64,000 nucleotides of DNA from an uncultured Christensenella sp. (GCA_949300385.1 CASGDZ010000001.1:80276-144275); one strand, 5' to 3'; positions 18,400 to 27,536 are shown, counted from the stretch's first letter. Translations and numbers: made by a program. The notes: a model not told the origin generated them from the letters alone.

Positions 18400-18762
18400 A
18401 TGAGAGATTTAAAAGAAGAATTAAAGAATAAAAGAAAAGTTAAGGCAGTCGACCCTATTAAACAAATATTAGATGAAAATAACAATGATAATGTTATACT
18501 ATATGACGCTGAGAATAAACCTATTGAGTTTGAGCAAATCGCGGTTATTTCACTTGACGATAGCGATGTACTATACGCTATTTTAATCCCTATAACACCT
18601 ATGCAAGGTGTAGAAGAAGGGGAAGGCGTCATTTTCTCAATCAATGAAGAAACGGGAGATTTAGATGTAGTCAATGATGAAAAACTTATCAACAAAATTT
18701 TGACTGCATATGAAAAACTTTGTGAAGAAAATGGCGAAGGTGCAAACGATTCTAACAAATAA
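18400..18762 (+). CDS. DUF1292 family protein (YrzB-like)
   Basis: Acidic 120-aa protein with the F-E…YAIL…P core typical of DUF1292. Sits in the conserved slot after ruvX. Confidence 0.75.
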   Translation: MRDLKEELKNKRKVKAVDPIKQILDENNNDNVILYDAENKPIEFEQIAVISLDDSDVLYAILIPITPMQGVEEGEGVIFSINEETGDLDVVNDEKLINKILTAYEKLCEENGEGANDSNK

Positions 18763-18831
18763 TGGTGTAAAATCAAACTTTAATAGACTAGTTTTAATTT
18801 ATTACAATTTTTCTCGTTTTTGTTATTTTAG

Positions 18832-18856
18832 ACTTACATTTAATGTAAGTTTTTTA
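18832..18856 (+). terminator. Rho-independent terminator
   Basis: acttaca/tgtaagt stem followed by T5. Confidence 0.65.
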
Positions 18857-18897
18857 TTTAAAATTGCAATAATTAAAAATAAATATTAACTTATCCG

Positions 18898-18926
18898 TTG
18901 ACAAATAGAAAAATTTTTGATATCAT
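18898..18926 (+). promoter_or_regulatory. sigma-A-like promoter for rpsB-tsf
   Basis: TTGACA (18898-18903), 17 nt spacer, TATCAT (18921-18926), with TG at 18918-18919. Confidence 0.6.
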
Positions 18927-18950
18927 TATAAAGTTTTATATGAATATTCA

Positions 18951-19010
18951 CCTATTTACGATTGCTAGACTGTTGCCAAATTGGTTCGATGGCAAAACGA
19001 CTAAATAGGG
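18951..19010 (+). promoter_or_regulatory. Structured rpsB 5' leader (nested helices)
   Basis: The outer helix cctattta/taaatagg (18951-18958/19002-19009) encloses ttgcca/tggcaa (18973-18978/18990-18995). It lies just upstream of the GGAGG RBS. Confidence 0.4.
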
Positions 19011-19032
19011 TAGACAAACAGGAGGAAAATTT

Positions 19033-19842
19033 ATGTCAGTTATTTCAATGAAACAATTATTAGAAGCAGGATGCCATTTTGGTCACCAGACTAGAAAGTG
19101 GAATCCTAAAATGAAGAAGTACATCTTCACAGATAGAAATGATATTCATATTATCAACCTTGAAGATACTTCTAAAAAGATAGATGAAGCATATGTATTC
19201 ATCAAAGAAAAAGTGCTTGCAGGTGCTAGTGTATTATTCATCGGCACTAAGAAACAGGCTAGTGAGACTGTTAAGCAAGAGGCTGAGCGTTCAGGTATGT
19301 TCTATGTTAACTCTCGTTGGTTGGGAGGTACTCTTACTAACTTTACTACGATTAGAAAGAGAATTGAGCGCATGAACAAACTTAATAACATGGAAACTCT
19401 TGGCGACTTTGACCTTTTACCTAAGAAGGAAGTTATTAAACTTAAAGCAGAACGCGACAAACTTGCTAACAACCTTTCAGGTATTAAGAATATGACAGCA
19501 TTACCTGGTCTTATCATCTTAGTAGATCCACATACTGAGCATATCGCAGTGAAGGAAGCAAAACGCCTTGGTATTCCAACAGTTGGTATTGTTGATACTA
19601 ATAGCGATCCAGATGATGTTGATATTTGCATTCCAGCAAACGATGATGCTATCGGTTCAGTTAAATTGATTTTAAGCGCATTAACTGATGCTATTATGGA
19701 AGCAAAAGGTGGCGAAATTCTTCATGATTTAACAGCTAATGACGAAACAGAGTCTATGGAGTCTATGGTTGGAAGCGAGAAGAAGAAAGAAAATCGCGCT
19801 TCTAAAAAAGAAAAGACTGAAGAGTCTGAACAAAAAGATTAA
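19033..19842 (+). CDS. rpsB: 30S ribosomal protein S2
   Basis: Canonical S2 ([19 protein letters not shown]…). Confidence 0.97.
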   Translation: MSVISMKQLLEAGCHFGHQTRKWNPKMKKYIFTDRNDIHIINLEDTSKKIDEAYVFIKEKVLAGASVLFIGTKKQASETVKQEAERSGMFYVNSRWLGGTLTNFTTIRKRIERMNKLNNMETLGDFDLLPKKEVIKLKAERDKLANNLSGIKNMTALPGLIILVDPHTEHIAVKEAKRLGIPTVGIVDTNSDPDDVDICIPANDDAIGSVKLILSALTDAIMEAKGGEILHDLTANDETESMESMVGSEKKKENRASKKEKTEESEQKD

Positions 19843-19857
19843 TAAAAAGGAGTAACT

Positions 19858-20742
19858 ATGGAAATTACAGCAAAAGATGTCGCAAATTTGCGTAACATGA
19901 CAGGCGCAGGCATGATGGACTGCAAAAAGGCACTAGTTGATTCAAATGGTGATGTAGACAAGGCTATCGAGCTACTTCGTGAGCGCGGTGTTGCTAAGGC
20001 TGCAAAAAAGGAAAGTCGTATAGCAGCAGAAGGCGCAGTTGGAGCGTATGTTGATGGTAATGTTGGCGTATTGTTAGAGATTAATTGCGAATCAGACTTC
20101 GTGTCTAAAGGTGATAAATTCCAGGGTATAGTTTCAAGTATTGCAAAGGTTATTGCTGAGCAAAAGCCAGCAGACTTAGAGGCTCTTAATGCTTGTAAGA
20201 TAAATGGCATTACTGTAAAAGAGTTTATCGCTGAACAAACACTTGTAATTGGTGAAAAATTATCTATTCGTAGATTTGAATTATACCAAACAAGCGGTAA
20301 AATTGAAACATATATCCACATGGGCGGAAAAGTTGGTGTTATGGTTGAGGCTAACCCTTATGCATCAGGTGAGGAACTTTTGCACGATGTAGCACTACAA
20401 ATTGCCGCTGCAAAACCAAGTTATATATCTAAAAATGATGTCCCGGCTGATGTTATTGAAAAAGAGAAAAATATTTTGCTTGTTCAAATGCAAAATGATG
20501 AGAAAAATGCTAATAAACCAAAAGAGATTCTTGCAAAGATTGTTGACGGAAAAATTGGCAAGTTCTATACTGAAAATTGCCTAATGAACCAACCTTTTGT
20601 TAAAGATGATTCTATGACGATTGAGAAATTGATTGCTAACAAATTTACAGTTGCTAAATTTGTTCGTTGGGAAATGGGCGAGGGACTTGAAAAACGCCAA
20701 GATGATTTTGTTGCAGAAGTTGCTGCTCAATCTAAAATGTAA
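19858..20742 (+). CDS. tsf: Elongation factor Ts
   Basis: UBA-like N-terminus (LRNMTGAGMMDCKKAL) and EF-Ts dimerisation domains. Confidence 0.97.
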   Translation: MEITAKDVANLRNMTGAGMMDCKKALVDSNGDVDKAIELLRERGVAKAAKKESRIAAEGAVGAYVDGNVGVLLEINCESDFVSKGDKFQGIVSSIAKVIAEQKPADLEALNACKINGITVKEFIAEQTLVIGEKLSIRRFELYQTSGKIETYIHMGGKVGVMVEANPYASGEELLHDVALQIAAAKPSYISKNDVPADVIEKEKNILLVQMQNDEKNANKPKEILAKIVDGKIGKFYTENCLMNQPFVKDDSMTIEKLIANKFTVAKFVRWEMGEGLEKRQDDFVAEVAAQSKM

Positions 20743-20748
20743 TTTATA

Positions 20749-20779
20749 AAGATAGTTTAATACTATCTTTTTTCTTTTT
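20749..20779 (+). terminator. Rho-independent terminator after tsf
   Basis: aagatagt/actatctt stem, then a T-rich tract. Confidence 0.7.
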
Positions 20780-20885
20780 AATTTATAGCAATAATCAAAC
20801 TTAAAAAATATAAATTTATTATAATGATAATATTTTAGTTGCTAAATTATGTTAAATTCGCTAATATAATATTTAGGAGAATTGT

Positions 20886-21452
20886 ATGAACGAATCAGTT
20901 GAAATCGCTCTAATGGAGTATGAAGAAAATTTAAATAAACAATTTAATCATCTTGTTGATGAATTAATGCTTATCCGTGTAGGAAGGGCAAATCCAAAAA
21001 TGATTGAGAATTTAAAAGTTGATTATTATGGTACTAGAACGCCAATTAACCAAACTAGCAATATTATGGTACAAGACGCACGCATGTTGATTGTCTCGCC
21101 TTGGGATAATAGTACACTTAAAAATATCCGCTCTGCTATTGAAAGCGCAAATTTAGGAGTGTCAGTTAGTGATGACGGAAAAATCATACGAGTAAATTTC
21201 CCAATGTTGACAGAAGAGAGAAGAAGAGAATATTCAAAGGATGCTAAGAAACTTCTTGAAGAAGCAAAGATTGCTATGCGTAATTCTAGACGCGATTGCC
21301 TAGATGTATTTAAAGAGATGAAAAAGAATAGCGAGATTAGTGAAGATGATTATGCTTCGTTAGAAAAAGATGTCCAAAAGCAAATAGATAACTTTTCTTT
21401 AAAAGCAGACAATGCTTGTGATAAAAAGATTGCTGAAATCATGGAAGTGTAA
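20886..21452 (+). CDS. frr: Ribosome recycling factor
   Basis: RRF sequence (LIRVGRANPKM…VDYYGT…NIRSAIESANLG…). Confidence 0.95.
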   Translation: MNESVEIALMEYEENLNKQFNHLVDELMLIRVGRANPKMIENLKVDYYGTRTPINQTSNIMVQDARMLIVSPWDNSTLKNIRSAIESANLGVSVSDDGKIIRVNFPMLTEERRREYSKDAKKLLEEAKIAMRNSRRDCLDVFKEMKKNSEISEDDYASLEKDVQKQIDNFSLKADNACDKKIAEIMEV

Positions 21453-21454
21453 AT

Positions 21455-22174
21455 ATGAACATTGAAAAATTAAAACAAGATCCCCGTATGCCTAAACATA
21501 TTGCTTTCATCATAGACGGCAATGGTAGGTGGGCAAAATTGAGAGGTCAACCGCGTAGCGTTGGGCATAAGTTTGGAGCAGACAATGTAAAACGCCAAAT
21601 TGAAGCAGTCAGAGATTTGGGAATAAAAAATTTATCCATTTATTGCTTTTCATCTGAAAATTGGAAACGCCCACAGAAAGAAGTTGATTATTTAATGTCC
21701 TTATTTGAAAACATGATGGACGAATATAGACAAGAATATATTGATAAGGATGTTAAAATAATATTTTCTGGCGATTTTAATGATGAACGCTTACCTAAGG
21801 TGGTAAGAGAAAAAGCAAAGAAACTGTCAGAAGATAGTGCAAAAAAGACAGAATTTATATTAAATTTATGTATAAATTATGGTGGAAGACAAGAAATTTT
21901 AAAAGCAGTTAATGAAATTGTTTTTGAAAATGTGAAGTCTGTCGATAGTAAAATTTTTGAGCGTCATTTATATACAGCAGATATGCTACCATTAGATTTA
22001 GTTATTCGCACATCTGGTGAACAGCGCTCTAGCAATTTTATGCCATGGCAAACAACATATAGCGAATGGATGTATCCTAAAAAACTATGGCCTTCATTTA
22101 GCAAAAAAGATTTAATAAAATGTATAAAATCATATATGAAGCGTAATCGTCGTTTTGGCGAAATAAAGGAATAA
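21455..22174 (+). CDS. uppS: Undecaprenyl diphosphate synthase
   Basis: HIAFIIDGNGRWA and the RTSGEQR/SNF motifs of cis-prenyltransferases. Confidence 0.95.
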   Translation: MNIEKLKQDPRMPKHIAFIIDGNGRWAKLRGQPRSVGHKFGADNVKRQIEAVRDLGIKNLSIYCFSSENWKRPQKEVDYLMSLFENMMDEYRQEYIDKDVKIIFSGDFNDERLPKVVREKAKKLSEDSAKKTEFILNLCINYGGRQEILKAVNEIVFENVKSVDSKIFERHLYTADMLPLDLVIRTSGEQRSSNFMPWQTTYSEWMYPKKLWPSFSKKDLIKCIKSYMKRNRRFGEIKE

Positions 22175-22181
22175 TAATAGA

Positions 22182-23081
22182 ATGAAAAAAAGAGTGTTGA
22201 CAAGTATAGTAATTGTAGTATTAGTCGCTTTAGCAGTACTTAGTAAATTTTTGCCGTACTCTATAGGCGATTATATATTTGATATATTCATATTGGTTAT
22301 TGCTATCATTGCAGGAATAGAAATGTGCAATATTATGGCGCATACAAACAAAACTTTAAACAAATTTATGACGAGTATGTATGCAATTTTTAATTATGTC
22401 ATACTTCTATTTTCGCTCAAAGCAGTTGAATATTTTATGCTCCCAATAATTGAGATTTGCGCACTCATTTTATACTATTTAATTGCTTTAATTGTAGAAT
22501 GTTCAAAAAATCGTCAACTTACATTTAAAGAAAACGCAAATTCTGCTTTTAACACAATATTAGCATGTATTTATCCTAGTTTTATTTTGTGCTTAATGTT
22601 AGCAATTAATCATGCGGACATTTATGCTGGCATGCAATATTTTTCAGTTCCTTTCATTATTATAGTGTTTGCTATAACATGGTTGACTGATACATTTGCA
22701 TTTTTAATCGGTAGTCTTTTAAAAGGTCCTAAACTTGCTCCAAGCATTAGTCCTAATAAAACTATTAGCGGTGCAGTAGGTGGATTAATCGGTGGTATAA
22801 TAGGCGCAATGCTTTGCTATGTCCTAGTATACTATGTACCAGTATTCCAAGGAATTATCACAAATTTCAATCTATCATGGTGGGTATTTTTAATTGTTGG
22901 GCTAATAACATCAGTATTTGCGCAAATGGGCGACCTATTTGAAAGCAAATTAAAACGAAGAGCTGGAATTAAAGATAGCGGAAACATTTTCCCTGGTCAT
23001 GGCGGAATGCTTGATAGAATAGACGCTATGATGTTCTCAATTTTTGTAATATATATAGTTACATTAGGAATAATTGCCTAA
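22182..23081 (+). CDS. cdsA: Phosphatidate cytidylyltransferase
   Basis: Polytopic membrane protein with the CDS signature SKLKRRAGIKDSGNIFPGHGGMLDRID. Confidence 0.9.
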   Translation: MKKRVLTSIVIVVLVALAVLSKFLPYSIGDYIFDIFILVIAIIAGIEMCNIMAHTNKTLNKFMTSMYAIFNYVILLFSLKAVEYFMLPIIEICALILYYLIALIVECSKNRQLTFKENANSAFNTILACIYPSFILCLMLAINHADIYAGMQYFSVPFIIIVFAITWLTDTFAFLIGSLLKGPKLAPSISPNKTISGAVGGLIGGIIGAMLCYVLVYYVPVFQGIITNFNLSWWVFLIVGLITSVFAQMGDLFESKLKRRAGIKDSGNIFPGHGGMLDRIDAMMFSIFVIYIVTLGIIA

Positions 23082-23106
23082 ATGTACGCTTATAATTAAT
23101 TAGATT

Positions 23107-24276
23107 ATGTCTCAAATTTTAAGTATATCAACTGTTTTTAATTACATTGGCTATATTATTATAGCCATTATTGTTTTATTATTCATGGTTCTTATTCATG
23201 AACTAGGACATTATACTGCGGGTAAATTGTTAAAATTTAAAATTAATGAATTCAGCGTCGGATTTGGACCAAAAATATTGCAAAAAAAGAAAAAGAATGG
23301 CGAACTTATAACGCTCAGAGCCTTTCCGCTTGGCGGATATTGTGCTTTTGAGGGCGAGAATGAAGACGGCGTTGAATCAAGTGAAGCATTTAACAATCAA
23401 AAACCATGGAAGCGATTAATTGTATTATTTTTTGGCGCGTTCTTTAATTTCTTAAGCGCAATAATATTTTCATTTATTTTGTTGCTATCCAGTGGCTACG
23501 ATCTTGTACAAGTTCAAAATGTTAGTTCAAATTCAATAAATTATAATTACTTGCAATCGGGAGATGTAATATATGGAATAGATGGGAATAAAATAGATTT
23601 TTTGTCGGACAAGTATATGCCTAACCTTATCTCACTAGAGATAGAAGGTAATTATCCTACGATAAGTGAGAATGATGAAGTTAGTTTTGAATTTACATCT
23701 TCGGACGGAAAAGATTATCGTATGGTTACAAGAGCAATTAACTACAATGTAAAGCGAGATGGCAAAGAGATAATTCAAGCAGGATTCGTTAATGTAATAT
23801 ACGATGAAAATGGCAAATATTCTGGCTGGTCTATGCTTTCTACAAATACAGAAAATCAGTTAGAATTTAGTATTGCAACATATAAATATTCGTTCGGTGA
23901 AGCACTTAAAGAATCTATTCCTTTCACATGCAAATGGGCGGTCAAAGTTTTAAAAATATTCGGACAATTAATAACGGGTAAACTCTCAATAACCGCATTG
24001 GGTGGGCCTGTAACAACAATAAATATGATAGCGTCATATACTCAGCAAAGTTTCAGTTACCTGTTGTTATTATTACCATTAATTGCTGTGAATTTAGCAG
24101 TATTTAATCTTTTGCCTATACCTGCTTTGGACGGATTTCAAATGATTTTCGTGCTAATAGAGTGGATAAGAAAGAAGCCTGTTAGCAGAAAGGTGATAAA
24201 TGCAGTAAATACGATTGGGTTATTTGCCTTATTAGGATTTGTCATTATAGTAGATATAATCCAATTCATCATATAA
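23107..24276 (+). CDS. rseP: Site-2 (RIP) zinc metalloprotease RseP/RasP
   Basis: HELGH in TM1, a central PDZ-like region, and a C-terminal NLLPIPALDG motif. Confidence 0.88.
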   Translation: MSQILSISTVFNYIGYIIIAIIVLLFMVLIHELGHYTAGKLLKFKINEFSVGFGPKILQKKKKNGELITLRAFPLGGYCAFEGENEDGVESSEAFNNQKPWKRLIVLFFGAFFNFLSAIIFSFILLLSSGYDLVQVQNVSSNSINYNYLQSGDVIYGIDGNKIDFLSDKYMPNLISLEIEGNYPTISENDEVSFEFTSSDGKDYRMVTRAINYNVKRDGKEIIQAGFVNVIYDENGKYSGWSMLSTNTENQLEFSIATYKYSFGEALKESIPFTCKWAVKVLKIFGQLITGKLSITALGGPVTTINMIASYTQQSFSYLLLLLPLIAVNLAVFNLLPIPALDGFQMIFVLIEWIRKKPVSRKVINAVNTIGLFALLGFVIIVDIIQFII

Positions 24277-24286
24277 ATGTCGCAAC

Positions 24287-24315
24287 TTGACAGTTACGAC
24301 ATTTTTTGATATAAT
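24287..24315 (+). promoter_or_regulatory. Consensus sigma-A promoter, leaderless-type geometry
   Basis: TTGACA (24287-24292), 17 nt spacer, TATAAT (24310-24315) preceded by TG, 6 nt, ATG 24322. No SD. Confidence 0.6.
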
Positions 24316-24321
24316 GAGCGT

Positions 24322-25845
24322 ATGCAAAATTCAGTAGAAAAATTAGACGAAATATTTGATGGATTAAAATTTAAAGACGCTGTATATTCTGAAAGTAACA
24401 ATACATGTACAGTCAATTTTTTATATAATCCCGATTATTTTAAACCTACTGAAGAGAATAAATCTATAATAATAAAAAATTTAGTAGATATGATAGGAGA
24501 TTATGTAAAATATTCCTTAAATTTAACTAGTTGTCCACTAGATAAGCGCACAATAGCAAACCATACATATACAACAATAATCAACAATTTCCCTGCTATA
24601 TCAAGGAACTTCGCATTCGATGATATATCGGTTGATATTGATACTTTAAAAGTAACAATACATTTAAAATTAGCGAGCAGTGCATATGATTATGCAGTAG
24701 GACTAAATAGAGAAAAATTAATTGCTGATAAATTAAAAGAAAGTTTTTTGGCAGATTTTGAAGTAATTTTTGACAAAAAAGATGAAAATGCTGTAACTAA
24801 TAAAAGTTTTATAGAAGACAATATAGAATTAAATTATAGCATTAAGCAAGCGCAGGATAAAACAGTATACACATTAACAGAAGTAACAAATATAATAGGG
24901 AAAAATGATTATACTTTAGCAAGCGACTTTTCAAAGATAAAAGAACCAGTTGAGAATGTTGTTATTTGTGGTGAAGTAACGAATATAGTACGCGCACAAT
25001 ATAAGAAAACGACAACTCGAAATGGAGTACAAAGTGAAGTTGAACACACATATTATAGATTTACTCTGCGTTTAAATGAAAAATATTTACAATGTGTAAT
25101 TTTCCCTAGACAAGCAGATGAAGCAAAGGGAGACCTAATAACACAAGGTATGAAAGTATGTTGTTATGGTTCATTTAGGTTAAGAAATGATAGATTGAGT
25201 TTTACAGCAAACACAATCGCCCGCTGTGAATTTTCTAGAGAAGAAATAAAATCTTCGTATAAGCAGGTAAATGAAAATTATCATACTGTATTTCCTGTGC
25301 CATTCGTAGATTATGAGCAAACAGGACTATTTGATGACGCGGACAAAAATTTCCAAGGGTCATATGTAGTGTTCGACCTTGAAACAACCGGTCTTGAGTC
25401 ATCTAGCGATGAAATAATAGAAATAGGTGCATGCAAAATTGAAGAAGGGCATATTAAAGAAGTATTTTCAACATTTGTTCACCCAAAACGCCGTATATCT
25501 AAAGAAATAACAAATCTTACAGGGATAACCAACGAAATGGTTGCAGATGCGCCCGAAATTAATTATGTTTTGCCCGACTTTTACAAATTTTGTTATGGTT
25601 GCACAATGGTTGCACACAACATTTCGTTCGATATAGGTTTTATATATAACGCTGCAAAGAAATTGTCATATAATTTTGACAATCCGCTTATGGATACTCT
25701 AGAGATGTCGCGAAATAAATTGCCCGGTTTAAAAAATTATAAATTAGGTACGGTAGTCGATAGATTAAATATAACACTTGACCACGCCCATAGAGCGGTT
25801 AATGACGCAACGGCGACAGCAAAAGTTTTTATAAAATTAATGTAA
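24322..25845 (+). CDS. PolC-like N-terminal/OB-fold domains fused to a DnaQ-type 3'-5' exonuclease (no polymerase or PHP domain)
   Basis: C-terminal Exo I FDLETTGL, Exo II HNISFDIGF and Exo III HRAVNDA. There is an OB-like segment around aa 205-300. At 507 aa it occupies the rseP…rimP slot where Firmicute polC normally sits. Confidence 0.7.
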   Translation: MQNSVEKLDEIFDGLKFKDAVYSESNNTCTVNFLYNPDYFKPTEENKSIIIKNLVDMIGDYVKYSLNLTSCPLDKRTIANHTYTTIINNFPAISRNFAFDDISVDIDTLKVTIHLKLASSAYDYAVGLNREKLIADKLKESFLADFEVIFDKKDENAVTNKSFIEDNIELNYSIKQAQDKTVYTLTEVTNIIGKNDYTLASDFSKIKEPVENVVICGEVTNIVRAQYKKTTTRNGVQSEVEHTYYRFTLRLNEKYLQCVIFPRQADEAKGDLITQGMKVCCYGSFRLRNDRLSFTANTIARCEFSREEIKSSYKQVNENYHTVFPVPFVDYEQTGLFDDADKNFQGSYVVFDLETTGLESSSDEIIEIGACKIEEGHIKEVFSTFVHPKRRISKEITNLTGITNEMVADAPEINYVLPDFYKFCYGCTMVAHNISFDIGFIYNAAKKLSYNFDNPLMDTLEMSRNKLPGLKNYKLGTVVDRLNITLDHAHRAVNDATATAKVFIKLM

Positions 25846-25851
25846 AAACTA

Positions 25852-25880
25852 TTGATTAATTAAAATTTATGTGATATAAT
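25852..25880 (+). promoter_or_regulatory. sigma-A-like promoter for rimP-nusA-infB operon
   Basis: TTGATT (25852-25857), 17 nt spacer, TATAAT (25875-25880), with TG at 25872-25873. Confidence 0.6.
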
Positions 25881-25893
25881 ACTAACAGAGAGT

Positions 25894-25926
25894 AGGAGTG
25901 GCGTTGCCACTCCTAACTTAGTTTTT
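25894..25926 (+). promoter_or_regulatory. Leader hairpin with interrupted U-tract (attenuator candidate)
   Basis: 8-bp GC-rich stem aggagtgg/ccactcct, loop cgttg, 7 nt, then T5 (25922-25926). Lies between the promoter and the rimP RBS. Confidence 0.4.
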
Positions 25927-25936
25927 AAGGAGTTTT

Positions 25937-26389
25937 ATGAAAGTAGCAGAGATAGTATTCAATGCCATAGAACCATTGTTCACTGGCGATATTAAATTAG
26001 TTAATGTTGAATATGTTAAACGCGCAGATGGAATGCATTTAATCGTTTACATCGACAAAAAAGGTGGAGTCAATATTGATGACTGCATAGAAGTTAATCA
26101 ATTGATAGACGAAAAACTTGATGAGATTAACCCTACAAACGATTCAAGTTATGTACTTGATGTATCTAGTTATGGATTAGACAAACCACTAAAATTTGAT
26201 TGGCAGTTTAACCAATACAAAGGCAAAAAGGTAAATGTTAAATTGTATCGTTCTATCAGTGGGAGAAAAGAGTTTGTCGCAACGCTTATCGACCACAACG
26301 ACGAGATGTCACAATTTAATATCGATGACGAGAATATTACAATAAATGCTACTGATATCGCATATATTACACCATATATAGAGTTTTAA
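25937..26389 (+). CDS. rimP: Ribosome maturation factor RimP
   Basis: 150 aa in the conserved slot upstream of nusA, with the typical RimP two-domain length. Confidence 0.88.
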   Translation: MKVAEIVFNAIEPLFTGDIKLVNVEYVKRADGMHLIVYIDKKGGVNIDDCIEVNQLIDEKLDEINPTNDSSYVLDVSSYGLDKPLKFDWQFNQYKGKKVNVKLYRSISGRKEFVATLIDHNDEMSQFNIDDENITINATDIAYITPYIEF

Positions 26390-26401
26390 GGAGAATTATA
26401 A

Positions 26402-27529
26402 ATGATTAATAAAGATTTTTTTGAAGCACTTAAAGATTTGGAAAATGAAAAAGGAATTAACGAAGAAGTGTTCATCCAAGCACTAGAACAAGCTCTTACT
26501 GCCGCATACAAGAAAAATAGCGGAATGGCAAAAAATGCTCAAGTAAAGTTAAATCCAGAGAAAAATACAATTAAAATTTATTCATATAGAACAGTTGTTG
26601 ACAATGTTGAAGACGAAGAAAAAGAAATTAGCCTAGAAGACGCGCGTCAAATCAAGCACGCATATAAAATAGGCGATCAGGTTATGCAAGAAGAAAGTAC
26701 AAAAGATTTTAATCGTATAGCTGTACAAACTGCTAAACAGGTTATAACTCAAAAGATTAAAGAGATTGAGAAACAATCTGTATATAAAGATATAGCGGAG
26801 AAAGAAGGTAAACTTATAGTTGCGCACGTTAAACGCTTAGATCAAGAAAATGTATATCTAGAGATAGGCGGAACAACTTTAGAAGGTCTTTTAACTAAAC
26901 GCGATATGTTGCCTACAGATAACTTTAAGCCAGGTGATGTCGTTAAAGTTTATGTTCGCCATATCCGAGATGACTTCCGTGGTACTGTAGTTCAAGTTTC
27001 AAGAACACATGCTAATTTTGTTAAACTTCTTCTAGAGATGGAAGTTCCAGAATTAAGTAACGGAGAAGTTAGCATTGTAAACATTGTGCGTGAGGCAGGA
27101 TTGAGAACAAAAGTTGCCGTTACAACAAAAGTTGCGAACTTGGATCCGGTCGGTGCATGTATAGGTAATAAAGGTTCGCGTATAAACAATATAATTAACG
27201 AATTAAATGGTGAGAAAATCGATATAATCAATTATAGCGAAAATCCTGCAGACTATATTGTAGCAGCGCTTAGCCCTGCTGAAGTTAGCGAGATTACAGT
27301 GGACACAGCTGCTGGAATCGCTAAGGTTTTAGTACCTGAAAACAAATTATCACTTGCAATAGGTAAAGGCGGACATAATGTTCGTTTAGCAGCAAAACTT
27401 ACTGGATATAAAATTGATGTTAAACCTACTTTGGCACATACAAACGAATCTAAAACTAATGATGTAGTATCTACAACAGGGGCAAATATTATTTTAGACG
27501 ACGACTTCTTCAATGATATAGACGAGTAG
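26402..27529 (+). CDS. nusA: Transcription termination/antitermination factor NusA
   Basis: NusA N-terminal domain, S1 domain, and two KH domains (GACIGNKGSRINNI; AIGKGGHNVRLAAKLTG). Confidence 0.96.
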   Translation: MINKDFFEALKDLENEKGINEEVFIQALEQALTAAYKKNSGMAKNAQVKLNPEKNTIKIYSYRTVVDNVEDEEKEISLEDARQIKHAYKIGDQVMQEESTKDFNRIAVQTAKQVITQKIKEIEKQSVYKDIAEKEGKLIVAHVKRLDQENVYLEIGGTTLEGLLTKRDMLPTDNFKPGDVVKVYVRHIRDDFRGTVVQVSRTHANFVKLLLEMEVPELSNGEVSIVNIVREAGLRTKVAVTTKVANLDPVGACIGNKGSRINNIINELNGEKIDIINYSENPADYIVAALSPAEVSEITVDTAAGIAKVLVPENKLSLAIGKGGHNVRLAAKLTGYKIDVKPTLAHTNESKTNDVVSTTGANIILDDDFFNDIDE

Positions 27530-27536
27530 GTACAAT

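Noticed and set aside
19839-20321. A 160-aa minus-strand ORF antisense to tsf. Similar antisense ORFs occur at 19302-19631, 18372-18776, 14868-15218, 990-1313, 28313-28980, 29329-29739, 27253-27513, 16478-17088 and 36245-36550.
   Set aside because: All are shadow ORFs on the opposite strand of conserved genes. The Ser/Ile/Leu-rich products are typical of antisense frames, and none has an independent start signal.
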